NCBI GenBank assembly: GCA_022709525.1
Contig: JAKLIQ010000010.1
Span: forward strand, 3,390-67,389
From: Candidatus Omnitrophota bacterium
Lineage (GTDB): Bacteria; Omnitrophota; Omnitrophia; Omnitrophales; Aquincolibacteriaceae
DNA length: 64,000 nucleotides
Direction of reading: 5' to 3'
Shown piece after piece: positions 37,561 through 47,260 of this stretch. Within the stretch, counting starts at the first letter, position 1; the number at the start of each line of letters is the position of its first letter. A program made the translations under genes and the position numbers. Below the pieces are notes generated by a model, which saw nothing but the letters and a program-made list of their open reading frames with translations, ran no database searches and was not told the DNA's origin.

Positions 37561-39063
37561 TTAGACCCTGTCATCGACGAGGAACGACTTGAACTGCCAA
37601 AGATCGCTTTCTGCGGGAGCCGAGGCGCCGAATTTCAGGTATTTTTGATTCAGGTTCTTAAGCGGCGTCCAGTCCGAAGGGATCGAAACAAACGGCACGA
37701 TATAGGGCGCGGCGAATTTCAGGATAAATTCGTGGTCGATATCGTCCGGCAACAGGAATCCTTCTTTTGGATTCCGGATCATCCAAAGCGCCGCGGCGAC
37801 CACCGAGACCGCGACTTGAAGCGTCGTCGCCTGTTGGTGCGGAACGAGTCTGCGCGTGGTGTGGATATCTAAAAGCGAGCCGCACCACCAGGATGTGAAA
37901 TCGTGGCCCATCAAAAGGACGCCCAGTTCGTCGCGGCCGTCGGTAATATCGTCGGCTAAGATGCGCTGACGGTCCTGCATTTTGTACTGACGCATGCGAA
38001 GCTCATGCAAAGAAATGATCGCCGAATCCGAAGGGCAATAGGCGTAATGGACGGTCGGACGGTAAACGGCTTTACCGTTCTCCCAAACTGTAAGCCGGTC
38101 GGAGATGCTGAACGCTTCGCCGTGACGGATCACCATGCCGTTGATCTCGCCGCACGGCACCCATGAGCGGACGAGCGTGTTCATCCCGAGCGTGCCGAGA
38201 CAGATCTGATTTTTGGGGCCCGTCTTGTGCTCAAAACCATCTTCCGGCAATTCGCGCTCATGGGTCCCCCAGCCCATTTCGGCCGGAGCAACGCCTTCCT
38301 CGTAAAATCCTTCGATGGACCAGGTGTTCACGAATTCGTTCACCTTTTTGGGAACATCCGTGATCTGAGTATCGCGTTCGCTGATATGAATGACCTTGAC
38401 CCCCGCGGCTTGGGCGAGTTTGGCGAAATTTTTTTCAGAAAGAAAACGCTCGAGGTCTTCGACGCGCGGATCGGCCGGTTTTTCCTTCAGGATCTTTTTG
38501 GCGATATCAATCAGCGCTTTTTTCGTGAAATGCGACACAAGGCCGGGATTGGCGCCATGATCAACGATGGCCGTCGCGCCCTTTTTGTTGCCCCATTTTT
38601 CCGCCATCAGTTTGCGAAGTTTCATATGGCGGTAATAAAGCGTGTACTGGGTCGGGTCCGTGCGCTTGTCGTCGCGGTAGGGATCCCATTCTTCGACGGA
38701 AGTATTCACATAGAGCACGTTATTGGCGCGGCACCAGTCGAGGATCTCCCAGCAATCGATATTCCAGGCAAGATCGATGATCATGTCCCCGGAACCGACA
38801 TAGCGAGCGAGAAGCTTCTTGTAATTTTCCTTCGTGACACGATCAAGCACATACCGCACGCCTTTTTTGAGGGCGTCTTTGACGCGGGCGCGGTTATCGA
38901 CAAAATCCATGATGGTGACGTTTTTCGCCGGCATTGCGAAATGGCGCAGAATAAGCGGGACCGCACACTGGGAAACGCCACCGCAACCGATGATCAGAAG
39001 TTTGCCGTTAAATTTGACCTGGGTCTTCGGGATACGGACCGTTGCCTTCGGGTATTTAAACAC
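37561..39063 (-). CDS. hss: Homospermidine synthase
   Basis: 500 aa with a GTG start and an AAGGAG ribosome-binding site. It has a saccharopine-dehydrogenase-like Rossmann N-terminus (LLIIGCGGVS). Conserved blocks include ERDTQ, FVNTWSIEGF, GWGTHERE, VRSWVP, VYRPTVHYAYCP, DELGVLLMGH, DWTPL and DLWQFKSFLVDD. These match my recollection of bacterial Hss. Confidence 0.75.
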   Translation of the reverse strand: MFKYPKATVRIPKTQVKFNGKLLIIGCGGVSQCAVPLILRHFAMPAKNVTIMDFVDNRARVKDALKKGVRYVLDRVTKENYKKLLARYVGSGDMIIDLAWNIDCWEILDWCRANNVLYVNTSVEEWDPYRDDKRTDPTQYTLYYRHMKLRKLMAEKWGNKKGATAIVDHGANPGLVSHFTKKALIDIAKKILKEKPADPRVEDLERFLSEKNFAKLAQAAGVKVIHISERDTQITDVPKKVNEFVNTWSIEGFYEEGVAPAEMGWGTHERELPEDGFEHKTGPKNQICLGTLGMNTLVRSWVPCGEINGMVIRHGEAFSISDRLTVWENGKAVYRPTVHYAYCPSDSAIISLHELRMRQYKMQDRQRILADDITDGRDELGVLLMGHDFTSWWCGSLLDIHTTRRLVPHQQATTLQVAVSVVAAALWMIRNPKEGFLLPDDIDHEFILKFAAPYIVPFVSIPSDWTPLKNLNQKYLKFGASAPAESDLWQFKSFLVDDRV

Positions 39064-39109
39064 GATCGAAAGATCTCCTTTTCTGTTAAAAACCGGATCG
39101 AAAAGAACA

Positions 39110-39141
39110 GGGGCGAAATATTACAATAAATATTTCGCCCC
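39110..39141 (-). terminator. Strong stem-loop (GGGGCGAAATATT-N6-AATATTTCGCCCC) between lysA and hss; possible partial terminator or attenuator
   Basis: The 13-bp perfect stem is seen directly. The downstream T-run on the gene strand is weak (CTGTTCTTTTCG). Confidence 0.35.
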
Positions 39142-39186
39142 TTCAATGATTTATAGAGAGAAATGCCGGACGCGGCAGAAAAACCT

Positions 39187-40461
39187 TCAGGATCTTTCTC
39201 CGCGAACGAGATCCTGATAGGTTTCGCGTTTGCGGGCGATCTTGAAAGTGCCGCCGCGGACCATGACTTCGCAGGCGCGCGGCCGAGAGTTGTAATTGGA
39301 TGCCATGGTAAAACCGTAGGCGCCCGTCGTCATGATCGCAAGGTAATCCCCCGGCTTGACCGCGAGGATCTCCCGGTCTTTGGCGAAAAAATCCCCGCTT
39401 TCGCAGATCGGACCCACAACGTCGTAGATCCACTGCGGCGCTTTTTCGTTTTTGACGACCGGCCATATGTGATGAAACGCGTTATAAAAGGCCGGCCGGA
39501 TAAAATCGTTCATGCCCGCGTCCACGATCGCGAATTTCTTCACATCAGTCTCTTTCACGTAAAGGACCTTGGTCGCGAGAATGCCGCTATTGGCCGCGAT
39601 GAAACGGCCCGGCTCAAAAATAAGCTGGAATTTTCTTCTCTTAAAAAGCGGCAGGATCTTCCCGGCAAATTCCTCAGCGGTCTGAGGATTCTCGTCGCTA
39701 TAGATCGCGCCGAGCCCGCCGCCTAAGTTCAGGAACCTGATCTTGATCCCATCGGCTTGGAGTTCATCGATAAACTCCAAGATCTTGCGGAAAGCCTCTA
39801 CGAAGGGGTCCCCGTTCTCGATCTGGGAGCCGATATGGACATGGACCCCCGAAACAAGGGCATTCGTAAAACGCCTGGCGTCCTTGAAGATCTCCCGCGC
39901 TTTTTCAAAATCGATGCCGAATTTGGTTTCCGCTTTGCCGGTCGTGATGTACTCGTGTGTATGCGGGTCGACGTTCGGATTGATCCGAAGCGAGACATTC
40001 ACTTTTTTGCGCATCTTCTTGGCGATCGCGTTGATCTGTTCGAGTTCCGGCATGGATTCGACATTGAAAAGCAGGATGCGGGCCCTGATCGCTTCGCGGA
40101 TCTCTTCCGGGGTCTTCCCGACTCCGGCGTAAACGATCTTTTTGCCCTGGCATTTGGCCTTCTTGGCCCGGAAAAGCTCGCCGCCTGAGACAATATCAAG
40201 CCCGGCCCCTTTTCCGACGAGCGCGCGGAGCACGGCAAGATTGGAATTAGCTTTTACCGAATAACAAATGAGCGGTTTGGCCGCGCGGAACGCCTTTTGA
40301 AGCTTGGCGAGATGTTCGGTGAAGGTCTTGTAGCTGTAAATGTAGGCGGGTGTCCCGGTTTTTTTCAGGATCTTTGCGACGCGGACTTTCTCGCAGTAAA
40401 GTTCGCCTTTCTTGTAATAAAAATCGTGCATTTTTTCTTCATGAAAATCGGTCCGGGGCAT
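39187..40461 (-). CDS. lysA: Diaminopimelate decarboxylase
   Basis: 424 aa with a YSVKANSNLAVL PLP-lysine motif, plus GGGLG and EPGR motifs. It lies in a dap/arg context. Confidence 0.9.
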   Translation of the reverse strand: MPRTDFHEEKMHDFYYKKGELYCEKVRVAKILKKTGTPAYIYSYKTFTEHLAKLQKAFRAAKPLICYSVKANSNLAVLRALVGKGAGLDIVSGGELFRAKKAKCQGKKIVYAGVGKTPEEIREAIRARILLFNVESMPELEQINAIAKKMRKKVNVSLRINPNVDPHTHEYITTGKAETKFGIDFEKAREIFKDARRFTNALVSGVHVHIGSQIENGDPFVEAFRKILEFIDELQADGIKIRFLNLGGGLGAIYSDENPQTAEEFAGKILPLFKRRKFQLIFEPGRFIAANSGILATKVLYVKETDVKKFAIVDAGMNDFIRPAFYNAFHHIWPVVKNEKAPQWIYDVVGPICESGDFFAKDREILAVKPGDYLAIMTTGAYGFTMASNYNSRPRACEVMVRGGTFKIARKRETYQDLVRGERS

Positions 40462-40478
40462 GGCAACACCTCACAATT

Positions 40479-41858
40479 CTAACGTAGTATTTTTTTCCAC
40501 TTCGCGACCGCTTGTTTCACGCATGCCGGATGCGTGCTTCCGATCGTTTTCTTGCCCTTCACAGACTCCTTCGGATCAAAAAGATCATGGATGTCCGCGC
40601 CGAATTCCGGCGAGAATTTCTGCCACTCCTGGACAGACCACTGCCGGAGCTGTTTTTCGGATTCGATCGCATGGCGGACGGTCCTTCCCACCACTTGATG
40701 CGCTTCCGCGAACGGGACTTTCCGCCGCACGAGATATTCGAGAATATCCGTCGCGAAAATGCTGTCATCATCCAGCGAACGCAAAAGGGCTTTCTTATTC
40801 CAGCTTGAAGAACTTACCGTAAAAGCCAAGAGCTCCAAAGCCGAAAGGGTTTTTTTCACGGCATCAAAAACGCCGGGCTTATCCTCCTGAAGGTCCCGGT
40901 TATAGGAAAGCGGCAGGCCTTTTTGTACCGCGAGAAGCGCCTGCAGGGCCCCAAAGATCACGCCGGCGCGGCCGCGCACCAGCTCGAAGACATCGGGATT
41001 CTTTTTCTGCGGCATAAGGCTGGATCCCGTCGCGAACGCGTCATCGAGCTCCACATAGCCGAACGCCTCCGAATTCCAGAGGATGAAATCCTCCGAAAGC
41101 CGCGAAAGATGGACCCAGAGGATCGAAAGAACGCTTAAAAATTCCGCGAGGAATCCACGGTCGCTGACGGCGGCCATGCTGTTGGGGGCGATCCCTGAAA
41201 ATCCAAGCTCTTTGGCGAGGAATTTTTGATCGAGCGGCAGGGCGGAACCCGCAAGCGCCGCGGCGCCGAGCGGCAATAGGTTGATCCGCTTCATGGAATC
41301 GGCTAACCGCGCGTTATCCTCTTCGAGCATCTCGACATGCGCCAGAAGATGGTGCGCCAACAAGACTGGTTGGGCTTTTCTTAAATGGGTCAGGCCCGGG
41401 AAAATAAGACCATTGGCTTTTTCAGCCGCGACCACCAGCGCTTTTTGGAGTTTCTTTACGGCATACCAGATCTCCGCGGTTCTCTCCCGCAGATAAATGC
41501 GCGTGGAAGCGACCACCAGATCGTTGCGGCTGCGGCCGGTATGAAGTTTTTTAGCCACGGCGCCCGCGTTTTTCTCAAGTTCGGACTGGATCAGCGTGTG
41601 GACATCTTCGTACTGACAAACGTATGCGCCGAGATCCTGCCCGCCCATTTTTTTCTCAACGGCGGCAAGGCCCCGGAGAATGGCGGCCGTTTCCGCGCGA
41701 GCGATGATCCCTGATTTTGCGAGCATTTTGGCCCACGCCCTGTTCACAAGGAGTTCGGCCTCAAAAAGTTCCTTGTCTGTCGCAAGCGAATAGCTGAAAT
41801 GCTTCAGCGCCGGATGCATTTCTTTTTTAAATCTTCCGCCCCATAGTTTTTTTGCCAT
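40479..41858 (-). CDS. argH: Argininosuccinate lyase
   Basis: 459 aa. The N-terminus is MAKKLWGGRF. The fumarate-lyase signature GSSLMPQKKNPD is present. Confidence 0.95.
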   Translation of the reverse strand: MAKKLWGGRFKKEMHPALKHFSYSLATDKELFEAELLVNRAWAKMLAKSGIIARAETAAILRGLAAVEKKMGGQDLGAYVCQYEDVHTLIQSELEKNAGAVAKKLHTGRSRNDLVVASTRIYLRERTAEIWYAVKKLQKALVVAAEKANGLIFPGLTHLRKAQPVLLAHHLLAHVEMLEEDNARLADSMKRINLLPLGAAALAGSALPLDQKFLAKELGFSGIAPNSMAAVSDRGFLAEFLSVLSILWVHLSRLSEDFILWNSEAFGYVELDDAFATGSSLMPQKKNPDVFELVRGRAGVIFGALQALLAVQKGLPLSYNRDLQEDKPGVFDAVKKTLSALELLAFTVSSSSWNKKALLRSLDDDSIFATDILEYLVRRKVPFAEAHQVVGRTVRHAIESEKQLRQWSVQEWQKFSPEFGADIHDLFDPKESVKGKKTIGSTHPACVKQAVAKWKKILR

Positions 41859-41859
41859 A

Positions 41860-43041
41860 TCATTCCCCCATGCCTTCGTAAGGCAGGCCCCAGATCTTCA
41901 TAAAACCGACGGAAGCCTTCCGGTCAAAAATATCGCCTTTGGAATACGTCGCGAGTTTTTCTTTATAAAGCGCGTGTTTCGAGGTCCGGCCCACGCAGAT
42001 CGCATGACCCCGGTCCAGCTTGATCCTGACTTTGCCGGTGACGCGATCTTGATTCGACGCGAAAAAGGCATCCAACGCCTTTTTAAGCGGCGAGAACCAA
42101 AGCCCAAAATAGGTAAGCTCCGCGTATTTTTCGGAAAGCAGCCTTTTGTAATGGATAAATTCCCGGTCCATCACGAAACCTTCAAGTTCTTCGTGGGCCT
42201 TCAGGAGCACATCCGCGGCCGGAGCTTCATAGACCTCGCGGCTTTTGATCCCGACAAGCCGGTTTTCGATCATGTCAAAGCGGCCGACACCGTACTCGCC
42301 CGCGATCTCATTGAGTTCTTCAATGAGGTCCACAAGCGGCAGGGTTTTCCCGTTCAACCGGACGGGCACGCCTTCTTCGAAAGCGATCTCGATATAGCGC
42401 GGCTTTTTGGGCGTCTTGTCACAGGCCTTCGTCATGACATATGCGTCTTCGGGCGGTTCTTTCATCGGATTTTCGAGAATGCCGGCTTCGATCGCAATGC
42501 CCCAGATATTTTTATCGATGGAATAAGGGCTCGCTTTGGTGACCTCGATCGGAATGCCGTGTTTTTTGGCGTACTCGATCTCTTCTTCGCGCGTCTTGAA
42601 TTCCCAGTCCCTTAAAGGCGCGATGATCTTAAGTTTCGGATCAAGCGTCCGGACGCCGACTTCGAGGCGCACCTGGTCATTTCCTTTTCCCGTGCAGCCG
42701 TGCGCGACATAAGCCGCGCCTTCTTTTTGGGCGACTTTCACAAGATGCTTCGCGATGAGCGGCCTTCCGAGCGCCGTGGCAAGCGGGTATTTGCCTTCGT
42801 AACGCGCGTGGGCCCAAAGCGCTGGCATAATAAAGTCGCGCGCGAATTCTCCTTTAAGGTCCACAACATAGGTCTTGATCGCCCCCGCGGCTTCGGCCCG
42901 CTTGACCAACTTGGTCTTGTCTTTCACTTCGCCGATGAACGCGCAAAAACAAATGACTTGGAGCCCGTGTTCCTGCTTGAGCCACTTGACCGCGCAGGAA
43001 GTATCCAGCCCTCCGGAATATGCCAGTACGACTTTTTTCAT
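41860..43041 (-). CDS. argG: Argininosuccinate synthase
   Basis: 393 aa. It has an AYSGGLDTS PP-loop motif and a conserved C-terminus. Confidence 0.95.
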   Translation of the reverse strand: MKKVVLAYSGGLDTSCAVKWLKQEHGLQVICFCAFIGEVKDKTKLVKRAEAAGAIKTYVVDLKGEFARDFIMPALWAHARYEGKYPLATALGRPLIAKHLVKVAQKEGAAYVAHGCTGKGNDQVRLEVGVRTLDPKLKIIAPLRDWEFKTREEEIEYAKKHGIPIEVTKASPYSIDKNIWGIAIEAGILENPMKEPPEDAYVMTKACDKTPKKPRYIEIAFEEGVPVRLNGKTLPLVDLIEELNEIAGEYGVGRFDMIENRLVGIKSREVYEAPAADVLLKAHEELEGFVMDREFIHYKRLLSEKYAELTYFGLWFSPLKKALDAFFASNQDRVTGKVRIKLDRGHAICVGRTSKHALYKEKLATYSKGDIFDRKASVGFMKIWGLPYEGMGE

Positions 43042-43967
43042 TGGATCGCTCCTTGGTTAAAAAGATAAAGCAAAATGGCTTTTTGGATGTGAAGCCGGTT
43101 CTCGGCTTCGTCAAAAACGATACAATTCTTGCTTTCCATGACGTCGTTCGTGATCTCCTCGCCGCGGTGCGCGGGCAGGCAATGCATCACAAGCGCGCCT
43201 TTTTTCGCGTGCGCCAAAAGAGCTTTGTTGATCTGCATCGCCTTAAAATCCTTGAGCTTCTTTTTCCGCATGGCTTCCTCGCCCATGCTGACCCAGACAT
43301 CCGTGTAGATCGCGTCCGCGCCTTCGACAGCTTTGACGGGATCCGTGAAACCTTCGATCACAGCGCCGGTCTTTTTAGCGATCTGTCTGGCAAGCGCTAA
43401 AAGCTTCGGTTTGGGCTGATATTTCTTAGGCGTCGCGTAACGGATCTTCGCGCCGAGTTTTGCGGCGACAAGCATGAGCGAATGGAGCACGTTATTCCCG
43501 TCCCCCACGAACGCGAGCACCGGATCTTTTTCTGCCGGGATCTTTTCAAAAAGCGTCATATAGTCGGCCAACGCCTGGCACGGATGCTCGAGGTCGCTTA
43601 AGCCGTTGATCACCGGTTTTTCGAAATAATCCTGGAATTCGGTGATGGTCCAATGCGAAAAGGTCCGCATGACCACGCCCGAAAGATAGCGTGAAAGCAC
43701 CCGTGCCACATCGCGCACTTCTTCCCGGACGCCGAGCTTGATATCCTCGGGCCCGAGATAGATCACGCCGCCGCCCATGGAATAAATGCCCGCCTGGAAC
43801 GAAACCCAGGTTCTTGTCGAGGGCTTTTCAAAAATAAACCCGAAAATATGCCCTTCAAGCGCGTCCCGGACCTGCTGCGGGTTGGCCTTGACCTTGGCCG
43901 CGAGCTCCATGATCTTGCGGATCTCTTCGGTGCTGAGGTCGTTGATGGAGATCAATGATTTGAACAT
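43038..43967 (-). CDS. argF: Ornithine carbamoyltransferase
   Basis: The start is set at MFKSLISINDLSTEEIRKIM (ATG at 43967). Motifs STRTW/STRT and HCLP are present. The longer track ORF's 120-aa N-terminal extension overlaps argD and is rejected. Confidence 0.9.
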   Translation of the reverse strand: MFKSLISINDLSTEEIRKIMELAAKVKANPQQVRDALEGHIFGFIFEKPSTRTWVSFQAGIYSMGGGVIYLGPEDIKLGVREEVRDVARVLSRYLSGVVMRTFSHWTITEFQDYFEKPVINGLSDLEHPCQALADYMTLFEKIPAEKDPVLAFVGDGNNVLHSLMLVAAKLGAKIRYATPKKYQPKPKLLALARQIAKKTGAVIEGFTDPVKAVEGADAIYTDVWVSMGEEAMRKKKLKDFKAMQINKALLAHAKKGALVMHCLPAHRGEEITNDVMESKNCIVFDEAENRLHIQKAILLYLFNQGAIQ

Positions 43968-45184
43968 GAGCAACCTTCGCTTTTCTGGTTTTTCTGCGTT
44001 TGAATTTTTTGAAAAACACGGTCCAGGATCTCCATGCCCCGCTTGATCTCTTTGACCGTCACGGTCATCGGCGGCATGATCCTTAAGACATCTCCCTGCG
44101 TCGCGTTGATAAGCAGGCCTTCCTCCCGCGCCTCGTTCGCGTAAGGCGCCGAAGGTTCCTTGAGCTTCAAGCCGCGCATGAGCCCTATCCCCCGGGTATT
44201 TTCGATCATGGGATATTTTTGCCTGAGTTTTTGAAGCTCCGCTTCCAAAAACTCTCCCATCCGGACCGTGTTTGTGATCAATTTTTCTTTTTTGATCACT
44301 TTGAAGACCGCAAGCGCCGCGGCGCAAACAAGCGGGTTGCCTCCAAAAGTGGAGCCGTGCATCCCGGCCGTCAGCACTTCTTTTTTGATCTTCTTATTGA
44401 CGACAAAAGCCCCGATCGGAACGCCGCCGCCCAGGGTTTTTGCGAGTGTCATGATATCCGGCTCGATGTCGTAATGCTGGTAAGCGAACATCTTCCCCGT
44501 CCGGCCCATGCCGGTCTGTACTTCATCAAGAATAAGAAGCATATCTTTTTCGTCGCAAAGCTTCCGCAGCCCTTGAAGGAATTCCCGGGTCGCTACCGAG
44601 ACGCCGCCCTCTCCCTGGATCGGCTCCAGCATGATCGCGATGGTCTTATCGGTCACAAGTTTCTTGACCGAATCAAGGTCATTAAAATCCGCATAGCTGA
44701 ATTTTTCCAGAAGCGGCCGGAAGTCCTTGTGGAATTTTTCCTGGCCCGTCGCGGTCATCGCCGCGAGCGTCCTTCCGTGAAAGGAATTCTTCATGGTGAT
44801 GATCTCGAAGCGGCCGGTTTCGCTCCCGTATTTCTTGGCGAACTTGATCGCCCCTTCATTGGCTTCGGCACCGCTATTACAGAAAAAAATCCGCGCCGGG
44901 AAGGAAGCTTCGGAAATAGCCTTCGCGAGCTCCGCCTGTTTAGGATTCAGGAAATTATTCGCCACATGGAGCATTTTCCGCGCCTGCTCTTTGACCGCGT
45001 TCACCACCACCGGATGACAGTGACCGATCCCGTCGACCGCCCAGCCGGGAAAAAAATCCAGGTATTCTTTTCCCTCGATATCCCAAACGCGCGAGCCCTT
45101 GCCCTTGACGAGACACGCGGGTACTCGCGTATAAGTGGGCATCACATATTGGTCATATAATTTTTGAACGTCGGCTGTTTTCAT
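43952..45184 (-). CDS. argD: Acetylornithine aminotransferase
   Basis: 410 aa. This is a class-III aminotransferase with a DEVQTGMGRTG PLP-lysine region. Confidence 0.9.
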   Translation of the reverse strand: MKTADVQKLYDQYVMPTYTRVPACLVKGKGSRVWDIEGKEYLDFFPGWAVDGIGHCHPVVVNAVKEQARKMLHVANNFLNPKQAELAKAISEASFPARIFFCNSGAEANEGAIKFAKKYGSETGRFEIITMKNSFHGRTLAAMTATGQEKFHKDFRPLLEKFSYADFNDLDSVKKLVTDKTIAIMLEPIQGEGGVSVATREFLQGLRKLCDEKDMLLILDEVQTGMGRTGKMFAYQHYDIEPDIMTLAKTLGGGVPIGAFVVNKKIKKEVLTAGMHGSTFGGNPLVCAAALAVFKVIKKEKLITNTVRMGEFLEAELQKLRQKYPMIENTRGIGLMRGLKLKEPSAPYANEAREEGLLINATQGDVLRIMPPMTVTVKEIKRGMEILDRVFQKIQTQKNQKSEGCSCSNH

Positions 45185-46035
45185 AGAGTAATTTCAGTTC
45201 CGATACCTTGATCGGTAAAAATTTCGAGTAAAAGCGCGTGCGTGATGCGCCCGTCGATAATGTGCGCTTTTTGGACGCCGCCCTGCAGCGCGTCGATACA
45301 GGCCTTGACCTTGGGGATCATGCCGCCGGAAATGATCTTTTCTTCGATCAATTGTTTTGTTTCGCTCACATGAAGCGACGGGATCAGCGTTTCTTCGTTC
45401 GCCGGATCGCGCAAGATACCTTTGACGTTCGTGAGCACCATGAACTTCGGGACATTCATCGCCGAAGCGATATTGGACGCCGCTTCATCCGCATTCACGT
45501 TATACATTTCCCCGTCCGGCCCTTTGCCGACCGGAAAGATCACGGGGATCCGCCCGAATTCCGTCAGCTCTTTAAGTGGTACGGTATTTACGGAGGACAC
45601 ATCGCCCACGAACCCGACGTCGCCATTTTCCGTATGCTTGACCACGTTCAGGATCTCGGCGTCATAACCCGAAAGGCCGACGGCCGAACCGCCGAGCCGT
45701 TCAATGTCATGCACGATACTCCGGTTAAGCTCCGATAAAGTTTCATTAACAACATCGATCGTCGCTTTATCCGTGACGCGCAGGCCGTTGACGAACTGGC
45801 TTTGGACGCCTTTTTTCTTCATGGCGTCGGTAATGAATTTGCCGCCGCCATGGACCAAGATCGGCCGGATCCCGACATAACTCATGAAAACGAGATCCTG
45901 TAGCACCATGTCGCGGACTTCCTGGTAGGTAAGCGCCGCGCCGCCGTATTTGATAAGGATCTCTTTGCCGCGGAATTTCTGGATGTAAGGAAGCGCCTCG
46001 ACTAAGGCCTGCGCTTTTTCGATGTATTCTTTCAT
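45181..46035 (-). CDS. argB: Acetylglutamate kinase
   Basis: 284 aa with the amino-acid kinase fold. Motifs IKYGG and VHGGG are present. Confidence 0.9.
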   Translation of the reverse strand: MKEYIEKAQALVEALPYIQKFRGKEILIKYGGAALTYQEVRDMVLQDLVFMSYVGIRPILVHGGGKFITDAMKKKGVQSQFVNGLRVTDKATIDVVNETLSELNRSIVHDIERLGGSAVGLSGYDAEILNVVKHTENGDVGFVGDVSSVNTVPLKELTEFGRIPVIFPVGKGPDGEMYNVNADEAASNIASAMNVPKFMVLTNVKGILRDPANEETLIPSLHVSETKQLIEEKIISGGMIPKVKACIDALQGGVQKAHIIDGRITHALLLEIFTDQGIGTEITL

Positions 46036-46038
46036 AAC

Positions 46039-47259
46039 TTAGGAGTAGGCGGCGTTGATCAGCACGTACTTGGTCGTAAGGTCCGAGGTAATGAATTCCG
46101 CCCTCCCCCTTCCCTTGCCGATCACCACATCGATCGTATATTCTTTTTTCTGCAGGATGCGCCGCGCCTTCGGAAGATTCAGGACCCGCAATTTCCCCTG
46201 GTTGACGACCTGGGCGTCGCCAAACCAGATGCTCAGATGATTGGGGTTAAAATCCACGCCGCTTGCGCCGACCGCGGCCGCGATCCGGCCCCAGTTCGGA
46301 TTCGAACCCGCGAGCATGGTCTTAAAAAGCATGGAATTGGCGATCTGCCGCGCCGCGCGTTCGGCGTCGGTAGGTTTTTTTGCGCCCGAAACTTTGAGCC
46401 GGCAAACATGCGTCACGCCTTCACCGTCCGTGACCATTTCATGCGCGATATAGCGCATAACTTCCTCCAACGTTTCCCGGAACATCCAGTAATCCTTGCC
46501 GATCTTTTGGATCGTCGGGTTGCCGGCTTCGCCATTGGCGAGGCAAAGCACCATATCGTTGGTACTCATGTCGTTATCGATGGCCATTTGATTGAATGTG
46601 TCATCGGCCGCATGACGCACTGCGCGCCGCAGAAGCGATTTTGTAATCGCCACGTCGGTCGTGATAAAACAAAGCATCGTTGCCATATTGGGATGGACCA
46701 TACCGGCACCTTTGGCGCAGGCGGCGATGGTGACTTTCTTCCCGCCGAGCTCGAGTGAGAGCGCGATCTCTTTACTTGAAAGATCGGTCGTGAGGATCCC
46801 CTTGGCCGCGCCGTGCCCGCCGTTCTCGGATAACCGTTTGACGAGTTTCGGCATCGCCCGCTTGACACAATTGATCGGAAATGGAACGCCGATGATCCCG
46901 GTCTGCGCGATCAAAACTTCTTCGGGAAGGATATCAAGGCACTTTGCGGCTTCCCAGGTAAGCTCATGAACGGTTCGTTTGCCGATGGGGCCGTTCAGAC
47001 AGTTCGCGTTGCCGCTTGTACCGAGGATCGCGTGATGCCTGGAGGCGTGAATCGCCTTCATCGAATAAAGGACCGGCCACGCCTTCGCGCGGTTGGTGGT
47101 AAAAGTTCCGGCCGCAACGCAAGGCGTTTTGGAATAAATGAGCGAAACATCGTATTTTTTCTTTTTCTTTTTGATGCCCGCATGGATCCCGCCGGCGACA
47201 AAACCCTTCGGCGTGGTCACCGAACCGTTCTTCTCTCTTTTCCAAAAAGGTTTCTTCAT
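46039..47259 (-). CDS. argJ: Bifunctional ornithine acetyltransferase / N-acetylglutamate synthase
   Basis: 406 aa with the ArgJ fold. The self-cleavage site motif ...ATMLCFITTD is present. Confidence 0.9.
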   Translation of the reverse strand: MKKPFWKREKNGSVTTPKGFVAGGIHAGIKKKKKKYDVSLIYSKTPCVAAGTFTTNRAKAWPVLYSMKAIHASRHHAILGTSGNANCLNGPIGKRTVHELTWEAAKCLDILPEEVLIAQTGIIGVPFPINCVKRAMPKLVKRLSENGGHGAAKGILTTDLSSKEIALSLELGGKKVTIAACAKGAGMVHPNMATMLCFITTDVAITKSLLRRAVRHAADDTFNQMAIDNDMSTNDMVLCLANGEAGNPTIQKIGKDYWMFRETLEEVMRYIAHEMVTDGEGVTHVCRLKVSGAKKPTDAERAARQIANSMLFKTMLAGSNPNWGRIAAAVGASGVDFNPNHLSIWFGDAQVVNQGKLRVLNLPKARRILQKKEYTIDVVIGKGRGRAEFITSDLTTKYVLINAAYS

Positions 47260-47260
47260 T

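Noticed and set aside
43968-44327. 120-aa N-terminal extension of the argF ORF in the track (start at 44327)
   Set aside because: The extension overlaps argD completely and has no similarity to anything. OTC homology begins at MFKSLISINDLS (ATG at 43967), which gives a normal ~310-aa enzyme.
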